A DNA stretch of 64,000 nucleotides from assembly GCF_006345805.1 (NCBI RefSeq), contig NC_042998.1:107384001-107448000 (forward strand), read 5' to 3'. Positions within the stretch are counted from its first letter, which is position 1. Every line of letters starts with the position of its first letter. A program made the position numbers and the translations under genes. The stretch comes from Octopus sinensis (Eukaryota). Below, piece by piece: positions 61,641 to 64,000 of the stretch. The notes below the pieces were generated by a model. It had not been told where the DNA came from. It did not search any database and saw nothing but the letters and a program-made list of their open reading frames with translations.

Positions 61641-62684
61641 ATTGGAGGAGCCTGGTGCAGCCTTCTGGCTTGCCAGTCCTCAGTCAAACCGTCCAACCCA
61701 TGCCAGCATGGAAAGTGGGCTGCTCTCAGAAAGTCTTCAAAGATTTTAGCTACAACTTGAGATAATGTGGTGTTGTTTCTTCATATTTGACTGTTGGTAA
61801 TGTTGAATGCAGATGTTTAAAACGTCTTTGTCCACAGTACAGGTGCATGTTTGGCATGCAGTCTCTAGATTGTATAGAAAGGTTATTGAAGAAGGAAGGA
61901 TGGCCTCATATGTATAAAAGTATGTTGTTAGAATAAATAGCAAAATAATTTATAAAGGAAAAGTACATGGGGTATGAGTGAACCCAGGGGTACATTAGAG
62001 TTAACAGAATATAGACTGGAGAATGCTGTGATGGTACACAATGGTTTGACAGGAAATCTTTGATCAAAGAGATGATAGTCTGTGTACTCTATGAAATAGA
62101 GAATATATTGACACAGCTGTAGAAATATGTACAATAAGGCCTATTTGTGAATATCAAAAATATATATTGTCTAGTGAAGCAGTATGATCTACAAATTTAC
62201 TGTCAGTATTCCTCTTACACCATCAAATGAACAATTATTGTTTATTTAGAGATTTGATAATTAATTACTTTGGTAAGTCACAGTGAAGCTGTACTTTCAT
62301 TGCTCAACTGACAAGTACAACATACCTAGCATTCTCTTCCATTTATTGATGCTTTTACCTTGATTTGGGCCATCAACCTCTTGACAGAGTTGTAGGTATG
62401 CCACTGTGTTATACAGCATATCTTGGACAAATTGCATGGAGCCCATTCCTGTTCAGGTTTGACCACAGCTGATTTCTTTCAGGAAGGAAGAAGGCCAGAC
62501 AGAACTAGTGGAAGGAAGAGATGAATTGACCCCAGTACAGAACTGGTATTTATTTACCTGAAAAGGATGTAAAGCAATGTTGATCTCAGTAGGATTTGAA
62601 CTGAATGTGTAGAGAGCTGGAACAATTACTGTAAAGCAGCAATCTGATTGGTGCTAAGCTTGTTTCCCAACCTGTGGTCTCAGG

Positions 62685-62990
62685 ACCTTGGACATCTACT
62701 GTAGCCCCAGGCCAACCAAAACCTTGTGAGTGGATTTGGTAGATGGAAACTGACAAAAGCCTGACATACATGTTTTTGCACATATGTGTGTGTATGTACC
62801 CGTCTTGACTCCACATGATGGTTGTAAATAAGCATCAATCATAACTGAAAAATATGTCTGGCCATGGGAAATATTATCTTGTTTGGAAACAGGAGAGACT
62901 AACAACAGGAAGGGCACCTGACTAAAAATTCTGCTTCAACGAAATTTTGTTTGACCTATGCTAGTATGGAAAAGTAAATGTTAATGCAAT
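62685..62990 (+). mobile_element. SINE, contiguous counterpart of the split copy at 33982-34937
   Basis: CCAAAACCTTGTGAGTGGATTTGGTAGATGGAAACTGA, short (GT)n, GTCTTGAC...GGCCATGGGAAATATTATCTTG...CAGGAAGGGCA. Confidence 0.7.
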
Positions 62991-64000
62991 GGCACTACTT
63001 GTTATCAGCTAAGCATTTCTCTTCTGTATACCTGAGTATACTTTAGGTTTTTAATTAGTTAAATCACTGTTTCCAAACAGTCTACAGTTGGTCAACTAGC
63101 AAATTGAACATTATTATAATTTAATTTTCTTAACACTTTTAGCCAACATTATTAATGTTAACACTAACACTCCTCACTAGATTATTAATCAACCAACTAG
63201 AAAGTGTAGGTTCCCAGGAAGTAGGTAGAAACATGAGTTAACATAGCAATAAGCAGAATTTAAAAAGATAAATGAGTGTGACAGACACCAACACAAAAGT
63301 TGAATTCATGTAGTGTATGGAGGGTAAGTTACTCCACTTTTTCAGTCTATGGGTGAATGAATTCAGTAAAATACAGATAAAATAGTCCACTGCTGATAGT
63401 AATGAGCTGTACTTATTTACTACAAGAGTGAACAAACTGTTGAGAGATAGACATGGATGCAATGAATACAGTTGACAGTAGTATAGGTAGATGGACAAAG
63501 TGATTATCAATTTCTTATTGAAGAACAATCATTCTAATTAAGCAGCAAAATGAAATTAGGCAGTTTTATGACACTAACAGTGTTGTCTAGGACAAAAAGA
63601 AAACTATTTTTCTTTAGTGTTGTATATAATCATAAGCGAATAAATACTTATAGAGAGACCTAACTATTATGTGTATTGTCGTTCAATCTTAATTGTTTCA
63701 TCAATATATTTTTAATTAATAATCAAGAACTCAAAAAAATTTAATCAAGCTTAACAATCTCTTGTTTGGATGCTAATTTTTTTAATTACAAAAATGAAAT
63801 CTTTAATAAATAAATGCTAAACATAGATTGCTTCATGTTTAATTTCAGTTTCTTTGCAAGTTGACATGCTGCACAACTACTGTTTTCACATTCCATTATT
63901 TTGTTTTTTTTTTTCATCTTTATTCCAGAGTTGCTAATTTAACTAGATCTAGTGTATTTTTTAACATAACACAGCTAATGAAAATATTGTGTTGAGTCAA

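Noticed and set aside
63238-63528. 96-aa hydrophobic ORF
   Set aside because: Low-complexity AT-rich composition, no recognisable domain and no splice support.

Overview
AT-rich, repeat-dense eukaryotic DNA. The SINE families and (GAT/CAT)n-tailed RTE repeats suggest an Octopus genome; this is inferred from repeat style, not from a database match. The only confidently identified host gene is Rab39 on the minus strand: two coding exons (50848-50631 and 17425-16999, 214 aa) separated by a 33,205-bp phase-2 intron. Most of the rest is transposon-derived. It includes a full-length but catalytically mutated mellifera-type mariner ORF, two other decayed mariners, a decayed piggyBac transposase plus TTAA MITEs, a hAT MITE, a nested cluster of Merlin-like palindromic elements with 8-9 bp TSDs, a TIR element with a 6-bp TSD, RTE, CR1-like and Penelope-like remnants, and several tRNA-derived SINE families. 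A CpG-rich promoter-like region at about 3.65-4.7 kb carries candidate exons in both orientations. I found no CRISPR array, rRNA or true tRNA gene, and no demonstrably new biological system. The best leads are the dead-but-intact mariner, the Merlin-like nesting, long intronic hairpins in Rab39, a variable stem-loop array in the RTE 3' UTR, and hammerhead-like remnants.
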